DNA of 64,000 nucleotides, taken from Oscillospiraceae bacterium (GTDB lineage Bacteria > Bacillota > Clostridia > Oscillospirales > CAG-382). This document shows positions 9,435-18,324 of the stretch, piece by piece. The translations under genes were made by a program, and so were the position numbers. The notes below the pieces were generated by a model that worked only from the letters and a program-made list of their open reading frames with translations, was not told the DNA's origin and did not search any database. The first letter of the stretch is position 1. Each line of letters opens with the position of its first letter. Location of the stretch: positions 66-64,065 of the forward strand of contig SVQU01000009.1 in assembly GCA_015065165.1 (NCBI GenBank), in the 5' to 3' direction.

Positions 9435-10661
9435 ATGAAAAAGTCGTTGCAAAGAAAATACGCAAAGCTTCTTATAAAGCAGGGCGTAAATATACAAAAA
9501 GGTCAACAGCTTAACATTCGCGCCGATATCGAGGCGGCAGAGTTTGTAACTCTCCTTGCCGAAGAAGCCTACCGCGCGGGTGCGGGCAAGGTTCGAGTGG
9601 ATTGGTCGTCGACGGAATTAACCAAGCTTTCCTACCGCCACAGAACTATGAAATCCCTTTGCGATATTCCCGCTTGGGAAATAGAAAAGGCAAAGCTTGA
9701 CAGCGAGATTCTTCCCGCGCAAATCCGTCTTATCTGCGAGGACCCCGACGGATTGGCAAAGGTAAACCAAGAAAAGGTCAGCCGCGCAACTATCGCCGCA
9801 AATAAGGTGCTAAAGCCCTTTAGAGATGCGATGGACAACAAAAACCAATGGCTTGTTTGCGCTATCCCCGGCAAGGCTTGGGCAAAAAAGGTGTTCCCAA
9901 AGGACAGAACGAGCGTTGCGGTTGAAAAGCTTTGGAAGGCTATACTTTCCACGGTTATGTGCGATGACGAAACCGATTGTATCGCTGCTTGGGATAACAA
10001 AAATAAGACTTTTAAAGAAAAGTGCGATTGGCTTAATAAACAGCAGTTCGATTATCTTCATTATAAATCCGCAAACGGCACCGATTTTAAATGTGAGCTT
10101 ATGAAGGAAAGCCTTTGGTGCGGCGGCGGAGAATATACCTTGGGTGGTGTTTATTACAACCCCAATATGCCCACCGAGGAAATTTTCACAACACCTATGA
10201 AGGGCAAATGCGAGGGCAGATTGGTTTCCTCCATGCCTTTGTCTTCAAGAGGAACTTTGATAGAAAACTTTTATATCGATTTCGAAAACGGCAAGGCGGT
10301 TTCCTGGCACGCCGAAAAGGGCGAGGAAGCGTTGGGCAAGCTTATTTCCACCGATGAGGGCAGCTGTATGCTGGGCGAGCTTGCTTTGGTACCCACCGAT
10401 TCGCCTATTTCTCAAAGCGGTCTTTTATATTACAACACCCTTTTCGATGAAAACGCATCCTGCCACGTGGCGCTGGGCTCGGGATATACGGGTTGTGTAA
10501 AGGGCTTTGAAAATATGTCCTTCGATGAGCTTTGCGAAAAAGGTGTTAACGATTCGATGATACACGTTGACTTTATGATAGGTACAGAGGATATGTGTAT
10601 TACGGGATATAAAGACGGCAAGGCAACCCCCATTTTCGTAAACGGTAAGTGGGCGGAATAA
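9435..10661 (+). CDS. aminopeptidase, M29 (AmpS/PepS) family
   Basis: 408-aa ORF. Its length and motifs ('EEIFTTP', 'NASCHVALG', 'HVDFMIG') fit thermophilic-metalloprotease M29 aminopeptidases. Confidence 0.75.
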   Translation: MKKSLQRKYAKLLIKQGVNIQKGQQLNIRADIEAAEFVTLLAEEAYRAGAGKVRVDWSSTELTKLSYRHRTMKSLCDIPAWEIEKAKLDSEILPAQIRLICEDPDGLAKVNQEKVSRATIAANKVLKPFRDAMDNKNQWLVCAIPGKAWAKKVFPKDRTSVAVEKLWKAILSTVMCDDETDCIAAWDNKNKTFKEKCDWLNKQQFDYLHYKSANGTDFKCELMKESLWCGGGEYTLGGVYYNPNMPTEEIFTTPMKGKCEGRLVSSMPLSSRGTLIENFYIDFENGKAVSWHAEKGEEALGKLISTDEGSCMLGELALVPTDSPISQSGLLYYNTLFDENASCHVALGSGYTGCVKGFENMSFDELCEKGVNDSMIHVDFMIGTEDMCITGYKDGKATPIFVNGKWAE

Positions 10662-10691
10662 ATTAAAAGCGTTATACACAGAGGTGAAATT

Positions 10692-11450
10692 ATGAAATTA
10701 CCCATAGGTATTCAACTTTATTCGGTTAGGGATTTTTGCGATACCGACCTTGAATCTACCCTTAAGTCTGTTAAAGAAATGGGCTATGAGGGTGTTGAGC
10801 TTGCAGGCTTTTACGGCAGAACACCCGAGGAGTTTGCCGACCTTTTAAACAAATACGGTCTTAAGGCTATGTCTGCCCACGTTTCTTATTATGAAATGCG
10901 GGACGATATGGCAAAGGTTATTGAAAATTGCAAAACCGTGGGATGTGAATATATCGCAGTTCCTTGGCTTGATCCCGATTACCGTATAGACGGTATATAC
11001 GGCAAGGAAATGGTAGATAATATATGTAAGTTTTCCAAAATGGCAAAAGAAGCAGGTCTTGGGCTTTTATACCACAACCACGAATTCGAATTTCAAAAAA
11101 TCGGCGATGAATATATGTTTGATATCCTCTATGCTCAGGTCCCCGACCTTTTGGCAGAGCAGGACAGCTGTTGGGTTCACTACGGCGGTGTAGACCCTGC
11201 GGAATATCTTAAAAAATATTCAAACCGCACCCCCGTTCTTCACCTTAAGGATTACGTTGGCAGAAAAGACCAAGGCAACTTCGAGCTTCGTCCCAACGGA
11301 TGCGGTATCGTTGACATAAAGGCACTTGTGGATATTGCCCCCGAAAATGGTGTTAAGTGGCTCGTTGTCGAGCAGGATCACCCCTCTATGGGTATGAATT
11401 CCCTTGAATGTGCCCAAAAGAGCATAGAATATTTAAAACAGATTGTATAA
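10692..11450 (+). CDS. sugar phosphate isomerase/epimerase (xylose-isomerase-like TIM barrel)
   Basis: 252-aa ORF starting 'IGIQLYSVRD...MGYEGVELAGF...', with 'YHNHEFEF' and 'LHLKD', typical of the AP_endonuc_2/TIM-barrel family. Confidence 0.75.
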   Translation: MKLPIGIQLYSVRDFCDTDLESTLKSVKEMGYEGVELAGFYGRTPEEFADLLNKYGLKAMSAHVSYYEMRDDMAKVIENCKTVGCEYIAVPWLDPDYRIDGIYGKEMVDNICKFSKMAKEAGLGLLYHNHEFEFQKIGDEYMFDILYAQVPDLLAEQDSCWVHYGGVDPAEYLKKYSNRTPVLHLKDYVGRKDQGNFELRPNGCGIVDIKALVDIAPENGVKWLVVEQDHPSMGMNSLECAQKSIEYLKQIV

Positions 11451-11483
11451 ATCCCTTTGAAATACACAGAAAGAGGTAAAACA

Positions 11484-12293
11484 ATGAGCGAATGTACTCA
11501 CGATTGCTCCAGCTGTAGCGCAAACTGCGCCAGCCGCGACCAAAAACAAATTATACAAACCGAAAAGCTCCGCGAGGGCAGTAAAATCGGCAAGGTTATT
11601 GCCGTTGTCAGCGGTAAGGGCGGTGTTGGTAAATCCCTTGTAACCTCCCTTTTGGCGGTTAACGCCCAGCGTGAGGGTAAAAGAGTTTGTATCCTCGATG
11701 CAGACATAACAGGCCCCTCTATCCCCAAGATTTTCGGCGTAAAGGCGGGGGTTGAAAGCGACGGCGAGGCAATGATGCCCGCTGTTTCCCAAACGGGTAT
11801 TAAAATCATGTCCCTTAACCTGCTTCTTCCCAACGAAAGCGACCCCGTTGTATGGCGCGGTCCCGTTATCGGCGGTGCGGTAAAGCAGTTCTGGACCGAC
11901 GTAAACTGGGGCGAAAACGACGTTATGTTTATCGATATGCCTCCCGGAACGGGCGACGTGCCTTTAACGGTGTTCCAATCCTTGCCCGTTGACGGTATGG
12001 TTATCGTAACCAGCCCTCAGGATTTGGTTTCGATGATTGTGGGCAAGGCTGTGAGAATGGCAGAGCTTATGAACAAGCCTATACTCGGCTTGGTGGAAAA
12101 CTATTCCTATTTTAAATGCCCCAACTGTGAAGAAAAGCATTATATCTACGGCGAAAGCAAGGTTGATGCGGTTGCAGAGGCTCACGGCATTAAAAAGGTT
12201 GCCAAGCTTCCCATCGACCCTTCAATTGCGGCGGCTTGCGACGGCGGTATGATAGAACTCTATAAGGGCGACCTTTTGAACGACCTTATTTAA
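11484..12293 (+). CDS. Mrp/NBP35 (ApbC) family iron-sulfur cluster carrier ATPase
   Basis: Start trimmed to ATG 11484 (AGAGG RBS). Cys-rich N-terminus 'CTHDCSSCSANC', deviant Walker A 'VVSGKGGVGKS' and a 'CPNCEEKH' motif. Confidence 0.88.
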   Translation: MSECTHDCSSCSANCASRDQKQIIQTEKLREGSKIGKVIAVVSGKGGVGKSLVTSLLAVNAQREGKRVCILDADITGPSIPKIFGVKAGVESDGEAMMPAVSQTGIKIMSLNLLLPNESDPVVWRGPVIGGAVKQFWTDVNWGENDVMFIDMPPGTGDVPLTVFQSLPVDGMVIVTSPQDLVSMIVGKAVRMAELMNKPILGLVENYSYFKCPNCEEKHYIYGESKVDAVAEAHGIKKVAKLPIDPSIAAACDGGMIELYKGDLLNDLI

Positions 12294-12312
12294 TTTTATT
12301 GGTTTTGGTTTT

Positions 12313-12448
12313 AAAAAAGGGGGACTTTTTAAAAAAAGTCCCCCTTTTAAATTCCCCCAAAAAATTTTTATCCCCGAAAATGAAATTTTCGGCAGTAAAG
12401 GTTTTTGGGGATTTCAAAAGGGGTGTTTTTTCAAAAACACCCCTTTTG
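12313..12448. repeat. palindromic intergenic repeat cluster (family 'E') acting as bidirectional terminators
   Basis: Three A/T-flanked hairpins: GGGGGAC..GTCCCCC (12319-12344), CCCCGAAAATGAAATTTTCGG (12372-12392) and AAAAGGGGTG..CACCCCTTTT (12417-12448). The last two modules recur at 16591-16637 and, inverted, at 21761-21828. Confidence 0.65.
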
Positions 12449-12460
12449 GTCATTTATTTT

Positions 12461-15400
12461 TTAGTTAATTGCGTAAATGCCGAAGTAAGCACGCTTAAGC
12501 ATTGTGTAGTCAACTGCGTCGATATCGCCGTTGCCGTTGATATCGCCTGCGGTAAGGTCAACCGCGTAGATGCCGAAGTAAGCACGCTTGAGCATTGTAT
12601 AGTCAACAGCATCGATTTCGCCGTTGCCGTTGATGTCACCCTTAAGGGTGGGTTCGGGTTCGTCTTCGGTAACAAGCTTAAAGCCGGGAGCCACGTTGAA
12701 TTCCCAAGTATCGGTGTCGATACCAACAAACTGAATCTTCTGACCAACGGTAGCGTTAGAAAGCATCATCTTGTTAAATGCACTGCCTACAACCGCCTGC
12801 TGACCTGCCAAGTTGGATTCCCAATCGTGTGCAGCAAGAAGAATTTCGTCGCTTGCGAGATTGAAGGTCTTGCCGTCGGTGTTGGAGGAATAGGTTTCCT
12901 TAATAACGTATGCACCTTCTGCGCTATCCCACTTTGCGATAACGAAAGCGGTATATTTGATGTTTGCGGTGGAGTTTGTAATTTCACCGAAGCTGCTGTT
13001 AAACACGGTGCAATCGCCTGCGGCAATCTTGGTGTTAACGTTGGAAACGTAAGACAAGGAAGCGTTGCTATCGAGAAGCTCGATTTCATCAACCCAGATA
13101 AAGCCGTTGGAGTAGCCGGGAGTGATGGTGAATCGGAAATATCTTGCCGTAATGGGGGTTGCGGAGGTTGCGGTAACGGTGCTTAACGCCCAAGGTAAAT
13201 CTGTGGTGGCATCCTTGGTTTTCTCGGTAGAGAGAGTTACGTTGGCTTTTGTCCAGGTGCTGCCGTTGTCGGAATAATAAATATCCATTGCAGAGGGACA
13301 GTATACACCCCAGTTATCGTGTGCGAAATAGCCCTTGAAGGTATCCTTGGTAGCAGAGGTGGAATAGTCAACAGTGATATCAACAACGCCTGCAGAGGTC
13401 TTGGTCCATGCGGAATATGCCGAGCTGTCGCCGGTGATGGATTGCTTCTTGCCGTCCATCAAACGTATGCCGTCGTCATAGAACATATTTGCAGCAGAGG
13501 CATCCCAATAGTCATAGTTGGGGGCGGTGGTGGTGTAGCTTACGGTAGCGAATGCTTCGATAAGCTTGGACATAGCGGAAGCGGTGTTCTTAACCTCGTC
13601 TTCAGAGGGGTTGTCGGAAGCGAGAAGAGCCTTTGCCTTGGTGTAAAGCTGACGGAGAGAATCAAGGTCAGCTTCGGAAAGGGAGTTGAGAGTAGCGGTT
13701 TCAGCCATTTCAACCAAAGGTCTGAGAACGCTTGCGCTGTTGCCGCCAACGGTAACGTCAACGGGCTGGGTGTAAACAACGTATTCAGAGCCCATATAGG
13801 TGTTGGTCTTGCAACCGAAGATAACCTTTGCGGTACCTTCCTTAACAGCAACCAACTTGCCGTTTTCAACCTTAACTGCATCGCCGCTTACAACAGCAGC
13901 AACAGTGTTTGCACCGCTAACGTTAAAGGAATAACGGCTGTAGGTTGTTGCGGTAAGTGCGCCGCCGGTGTAGGTCTGACCAACGAACATTTCAAGATTG
14001 TCAACCGAAACGGTTTTAACCATATCCTTAAGGTCCTGAGCGTTAATCATAGTCATACCGTCAACGCAAGCAAAGAACGCATCGTTGGTGGATTTGGTGT
14101 CGTAAGTCCAGGGCCAAACTGTCATACCTCTGTCGGTAGCAGCCTGCATAAGGTCGTTGGTGATGGGAACGTAACGGGGACAGCTGATGGTACTCTTATA
14201 ATACTGAGAATTGGAAATCCAATGGTCAAGAGAGAGGAGGGACTGTGCATAGGTTGCGTTAGTACCCTTAATATCGGTGCTGTTGTTGTTATAGATAAAG
14301 CTGGTGGATGCGCCGGGAGCCAAGGAAAGAACTGCGTTTAGACAGTTGCCGTAGAAGCTGAGGAAGTCGCACTGGTCCAACATATCGTATTTCTTGATAA
14401 GCTCGATAGACTTGGGAATCATATCGTGAGCATTCCATTTGTATTCAACAAACAACTTAAGGTCTTTGCCCTTAACGAACTGCAAAAGCTCTTCGAATTT
14501 GGGAATGGGCTTTCCTGTGTTAACGCCGGTTCTGGTGTTAACAACAGGGTATTGCTGAACCTCTGCCCAGGTCATTTCCCAAATGTTCTTGGTGCCTGTA
14601 TAGGTGGTGGTACGGTTAAGGGTGTTATCGTGAAGAAGAACGGGAACACCGTCGCTGGTGATACCCATATCAAGCTCGAGAATATCTGCGCCGTTTTCAT
14701 AAGCAGCGATAAAGCTTTCCATGGTGTTTTCTTCTGCTACGTCATAGTTACCTGCGTGGCCGATACCTGCAGAAAGACGTGTGAAGGTGTTGGGCGCGAA
14801 ATCGTTAGCGATAATTTCTTCAATTGCGCTTGCGCTGCCCGAAATAATACCGTGTGCGCCGGAGGTGAGAGCTGTGATAGCTTCAAGTCTGAACGCATCT
14901 GTGCCCTGGGTAGAAGCGACGTTTACCCAAACTGCAACTGCAAGCTCGTTAAGTGCGTTAACTGCCTGCGCGGATGCATATTTGCTGTCTACAACCGCAA
15001 ATGTCGCGGGCGCGGAACGAACCTTCTTACGAACCGCATCAGCTTCTTTAGAGGTGAGAACGCCGTCGGCAAGCTCGGTAGAAAGGCTAACTACAAGACC
15101 TCTGCGAACCTTGCTGTTCTTTCCGTGGAGGTAAGCAAGAACGCTTGCGGTGTTGGAAATAACGTTAACGTCATATTTACCTGCGGAAGAAATTGCGGCA
15201 ACCACTTTGTCAACCTGAGCGTTGGTGGTTACGTAGAAGGTAGGAACAACGTTTGCCGCAACAGCAGCCTTCAAAGCGGCGGTCGCGTCGATACTTGTGG
15301 TAAGGTCGAAATATGCAACAGAGAGGTTAGAAAGATTAGCCGCGCTAACCGAGGTAACCTTCTGAACGTTTGCAATAGGAGTTACAAGGTTTTCGGTGGG

Positions 15401-16363
15401 GTGATAGTTGTTGTAAATAAGGTTAAGACCGCTGGGAAGCTGTTCGGGAACGCTTTCCTGAAGAACAACCTTAACGCTCTTAACAGAAAGGGTGGTACCC
15501 GAAGCGGTCAAGCCGAGGTGGCCCTTTGTAAGACCGGTCTTGGAGGTATAGCTGCTGCCTGCCATATACAAAACCTGAGTGCCGCCGATGGAATATTTAA
15601 CGTCATTGCCCGAAACCTTAACGTCGATAACGCGGTATGCATCTGCCATGGTAGAATAAGATGCTGCCGCCTTGGAAATAACGTTCCAGCCCGAGGTGGT
15701 GAATTCGGAAAATTCAATGCCGTTTGCTGCGGTGGTGTTGTTACGGATACACATCTGGTAATGGCTTGCGGTACCTGCGCGGTTGTCGGAACGGTAAACC
15801 AAAGCGAACCAACGGGTATCTTCGTTAACAGAAGTGAGCTTAACGTTTGCAGAGAAGCCGTAGTTACCGAAATCGCCCAGCCATGCAGGGAGATATGCGG
15901 TGGACTGAACAGCGTTACCCTTGATAGAAAGGGCGCTGTCTGCAATACTTGCGGTGTCGGGAAGTGTCCAACCTGCGCTTGTAAGTGCAGAGGTGCTTGC
16001 AAAATCAGCCAAGTTTGCTTCGTAAAGTACATATTCGCTGTCGGAAGCATTCTTCGCAACAACGTAAATGTTCTTGGTTTTGCTGCCGCTTGTAGCGGTA
16101 AGGGTGGTTACACCCTTTGCGGTAGGTGTAAATTCGGTGATGGTGGTGCTGCCGTTCTTCCAGGTAACGTTGGAAGTAGCAGAGGTATCACCGTCAAAGG
16201 TAACCGAATAGTTGGAAAGAGCAATCTTTGTGCCAACTGTTGCGGTTATAGCGGGGGAGTTGTTCTTGATTACTGTTGCCGCAGAAGCGGGTGTAACTGC
16301 AAAAACAGTAAGCATAGAAACCAACATTGCCAACGCTAAAATGACGCTTAATGCACGTTTCAT
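12461..16363 (-). CDS. secreted multidomain glycerophosphodiester phosphodiesterase (GDPD) with C-terminal dockerin (paralog 1)
   Basis: 1300-aa ORF with AAAGGAG RBS and signal peptide '...VFAVTPASA'. It contains Ig-like (Big_2-type) segments and a GDPD core 'GHAGNYDVAEENTMESFIAAYENGADILELDMGITSDGVPVLLHDNTLNRTT'. It also has a discoidin/F5-8-type-C-like module ('ARYFRFTI...WVDEIEL'). The C-terminus carries a duplicated dockerin segment 'GDINGNG(E/D)IDAVDYTMLKRAYFGIYA'. Confidence 0.85.
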   Translation of the reverse strand: MKRALSVILALAMLVSMLTVFAVTPASAATVIKNNSPAITATVGTKIALSNYSVTFDGDTSATSNVTWKNGSTTITEFTPTAKGVTTLTATSGSKTKNIYVVAKNASDSEYVLYEANLADFASTSALTSAGWTLPDTASIADSALSIKGNAVQSTAYLPAWLGDFGNYGFSANVKLTSVNEDTRWFALVYRSDNRAGTASHYQMCIRNNTTAANGIEFSEFTTSGWNVISKAAASYSTMADAYRVIDVKVSGNDVKYSIGGTQVLYMAGSSYTSKTGLTKGHLGLTASGTTLSVKSVKVVLQESVPEQLPSGLNLIYNNYHPTENLVTPIANVQKVTSVSAANLSNLSVAYFDLTTSIDATAALKAAVAANVVPTFYVTTNAQVDKVVAAISSAGKYDVNVISNTASVLAYLHGKNSKVRRGLVVSLSTELADGVLTSKEADAVRKKVRSAPATFAVVDSKYASAQAVNALNELAVAVWVNVASTQGTDAFRLEAITALTSGAHGIISGSASAIEEIIANDFAPNTFTRLSAGIGHAGNYDVAEENTMESFIAAYENGADILELDMGITSDGVPVLLHDNTLNRTTTYTGTKNIWEMTWAEVQQYPVVNTRTGVNTGKPIPKFEELLQFVKGKDLKLFVEYKWNAHDMIPKSIELIKKYDMLDQCDFLSFYGNCLNAVLSLAPGASTSFIYNNNSTDIKGTNATYAQSLLSLDHWISNSQYYKSTISCPRYVPITNDLMQAATDRGMTVWPWTYDTKSTNDAFFACVDGMTMINAQDLKDMVKTVSVDNLEMFVGQTYTGGALTATTYSRYSFNVSGANTVAAVVSGDAVKVENGKLVAVKEGTAKVIFGCKTNTYMGSEYVVYTQPVDVTVGGNSASVLRPLVEMAETATLNSLSEADLDSLRQLYTKAKALLASDNPSEDEVKNTASAMSKLIEAFATVSYTTTAPNYDYWDASAANMFYDDGIRLMDGKKQSITGDSSAYSAWTKTSAGVVDITVDYSTSATKDTFKGYFAHDNWGVYCPSAMDIYYSDNGSTWTKANVTLSTEKTKDATTDLPWALSTVTATSATPITARYFRFTITPGYSNGFIWVDEIELLDSNASLSYVSNVNTKIAAGDCTVFNSSFGEITNSTANIKYTAFVIAKWDSAEGAYVIKETYSSNTDGKTFNLASDEILLAAHDWESNLAGQQAVVGSAFNKMMLSNATVGQKIQFVGIDTDTWEFNVAPGFKLVTEDEPEPTLKGDINGNGEIDAVDYTMLKRAYFGIYAVDLTAGDINGNGDIDAVDYTMLKRAYFGIYAIN

Positions 16364-16590
16364 AAATTTTCTCCTTTGTGCTTATTTTGCAAAAAAGCCA
16401 TTGCCTTTCTGCATAAATGTATAGTCAATTAATTATAACAGATAACTTCAATTTAATCAACGTGATTTTGGACAAAATGTTATATAAATTATTGGAAGAT
16501 TTGCTAAAGCGCCTTTGGTGTTCGGGGATTATCAAAACTTTTGTCGAGAACCTTTTGTTGACAAATCAAAAACAGTTCGGGGGATAAAAA

Positions 16591-16637
16591 GTTTTTGGGG
16601 ATTTTAAAAGAGGGCTTTTTTCAAAAAGCCCCCTTTT
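16591..16637. repeat. family 'E' repeat copy / terminator downstream of the symporter gene
   Basis: GTTTTTGGGGATTTTAAAAGAGGGCTTTTTTCAAAAAGCCCCCTTTT closely matches 12401-12448. Confidence 0.6.
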
Positions 16638-16670
16638 GTATATAAACTATTTAAAAACTAAGAATTAAGC

Positions 16671-18179
16671 CTATTCCTGTTCTTCGCTTGTGGCGGTATC
16701 GTAGATAGCCAAAACCTCTGCCGAGGGAGCTTTGTCCAAAAGTGTAACAACCACGCAGGCGATCAAGCAAACCGCGAAACCGGGGATAAGCTCGTAAAGA
16801 CCTGTGGAGCTCTTAAGGAAGATAAGCCACAAAACGTCGGTAACCGCACCTGCGATAACGCCTGCCAGCGCACCCTTGTAGGTGAATCTGCGCCAGAAGA
16901 GAGAAAGGATTACAACGGGACCGAACGCAGAACCAAAACCTGCCCAAGCGTTTTCAACGAGGTTCATAATCGCCTGTGCGCCTTCGGCTTTACTGCTTGC
17001 GATAAAGTAAGCAATAACCGCAACGATAAGAACAACGATTCTGCCTATCCAAAGGGTTTCCTTGTCGCTGGCATTCTTGCGGATAAGAGGCTTGTAGATA
17101 TCGGAGGTGAAGGAGGAGGAAGCAACCAAAAGCTGGCTGTCTGCGGTAGACATAGATGCCGCGATAATTGCCGAAAGGAGCAAGCCTGCCACAAATGCGG
17201 GGAAGAGCTTTCTTGCAAGGGTGATAAATACCATACTCTGTGCGCCGTTTTCAAGCAATTCTGCACCAACCATAACTCTACCCATAACGGCAAGAATGAT
17301 AACTGCCGCAAGAGCTAGAACAACCCAAACGATAGCAACGGTAGCCGACTTTTTAACCATCGAGGGCTTTTCGATAGACATAAAGCGAACCAAAATGTGG
17401 GGCATACCAAAGTAACCCAAGCCCCAAGCCAAGCCGCTGGCGATTTCGGTGGCGGGTGCGGAGAACAAATCTCTTACAAAGCCATATTCGGTAACCTCGC
17501 CGGTTGCGGAGGTGGAAGAAACCACAACGTCAAGAACAGAATAATCCAAATCCTTGGTGATAGCGATAATAATCGGAACCGCAAGAACGGCAACTATCAT
17601 AAGCATACCCTGGAAAAAGTCTGTCCAGCAAACCGCCTTATAACCGCCGAGGAAGGTATAAATAATAAGAATTGCGGCGAAAATAAGCATAGCAACGCTT
17701 TTGTCGATCTGGGGGAAGATGGATGTAAACACGTTTGTACCCGCAACAAAGGCAGATGCAACGTAAACGGTAAAGCAAACCAAGAAAACGATTGCGCAAA
17801 CAACCTGCAACGCCTTGCTCTTTGTTGCAAAACGGTTAGAGAGATATTGGGGCAGAGTGATGGAATCGTTTGCTGCCTGAGAAAAACGGCGCAAGCGACG
17901 TGCCACCAAAATCCAGTTAAGGGCGGTACCCAAGGCAAGACCGATACCGATCCAAGCCTGACCTAAACCGAAAGCCAAAATACTTCCGGGCAGACCCATA
18001 AGCAGCCAAGCGCTCATATCCGACGCCTGCGCGCTCATCGCGGTAACCCAAGGGCCCATACTTCTGCCGCCAAGGAAATAATCCTTGTCGGTCTTGCTTT
18101 TGTTTTTCAAAAAGAAAAATATGCCGATAGAAAGCATTGCAGCAAAATAAACTATCAATGCCAAAACTTCTGCATTCAT
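16671..18179 (-). CDS. putP: sodium:solute (proline-type) symporter, SSS family
   Basis: 502-aa polytopic membrane ORF. It starts 'DYFLGGRSMGPWVTAMSAQASDMSAWLLMGLPG' and contains 'GGYKAVCWTDFFQG', typical of PutP-like SSS transporters. The substrate is not provable from sequence. Confidence 0.75.
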   Translation of the reverse strand: MNAEVLALIVYFAAMLSIGIFFFLKNKSKTDKDYFLGGRSMGPWVTAMSAQASDMSAWLLMGLPGSILAFGLGQAWIGIGLALGTALNWILVARRLRRFSQAANDSITLPQYLSNRFATKSKALQVVCAIVFLVCFTVYVASAFVAGTNVFTSIFPQIDKSVAMLIFAAILIIYTFLGGYKAVCWTDFFQGMLMIVAVLAVPIIIAITKDLDYSVLDVVVSSTSATGEVTEYGFVRDLFSAPATEIASGLAWGLGYFGMPHILVRFMSIEKPSMVKKSATVAIVWVVLALAAVIILAVMGRVMVGAELLENGAQSMVFITLARKLFPAFVAGLLLSAIIAASMSTADSQLLVASSSFTSDIYKPLIRKNASDKETLWIGRIVVLIVAVIAYFIASSKAEGAQAIMNLVENAWAGFGSAFGPVVILSLFWRRFTYKGALAGVIAGAVTDVLWLIFLKSSTGLYELIPGFAVCLIACVVVTLLDKAPSAEVLAIYDTATSEEQE

Positions 18180-18287
18180 AAAAAATCCTCACTTTCGGGT
18201 AAATATTAAGAAAATTATACCATAGCTTTCATCAAAATGCAATAGCGTTTTATCAATTCATCCCAATAAAGCGAAAAAATATTAAAA

Positions 18288-18320
18288 AAGAACCCTTTGG
18301 AAAACCCAAAAGGTTCTTTG
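18288..18320 (-). terminator. rho-independent terminator after murA
   Basis: On the minus strand: AAAGAACCTTTTGGG..CCAAAGGGTTCTTT followed by a T-run. Confidence 0.65.
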
Positions 18321-18324
18321 GTGA

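Noticed and set aside
14426-16339. 637-aa plus-strand ORF (also 12299-13186 and 13319-14341)
   Set aside because: Codon-aligned antisense shadows of the 12461-16363 gene, with the same composition artefact.
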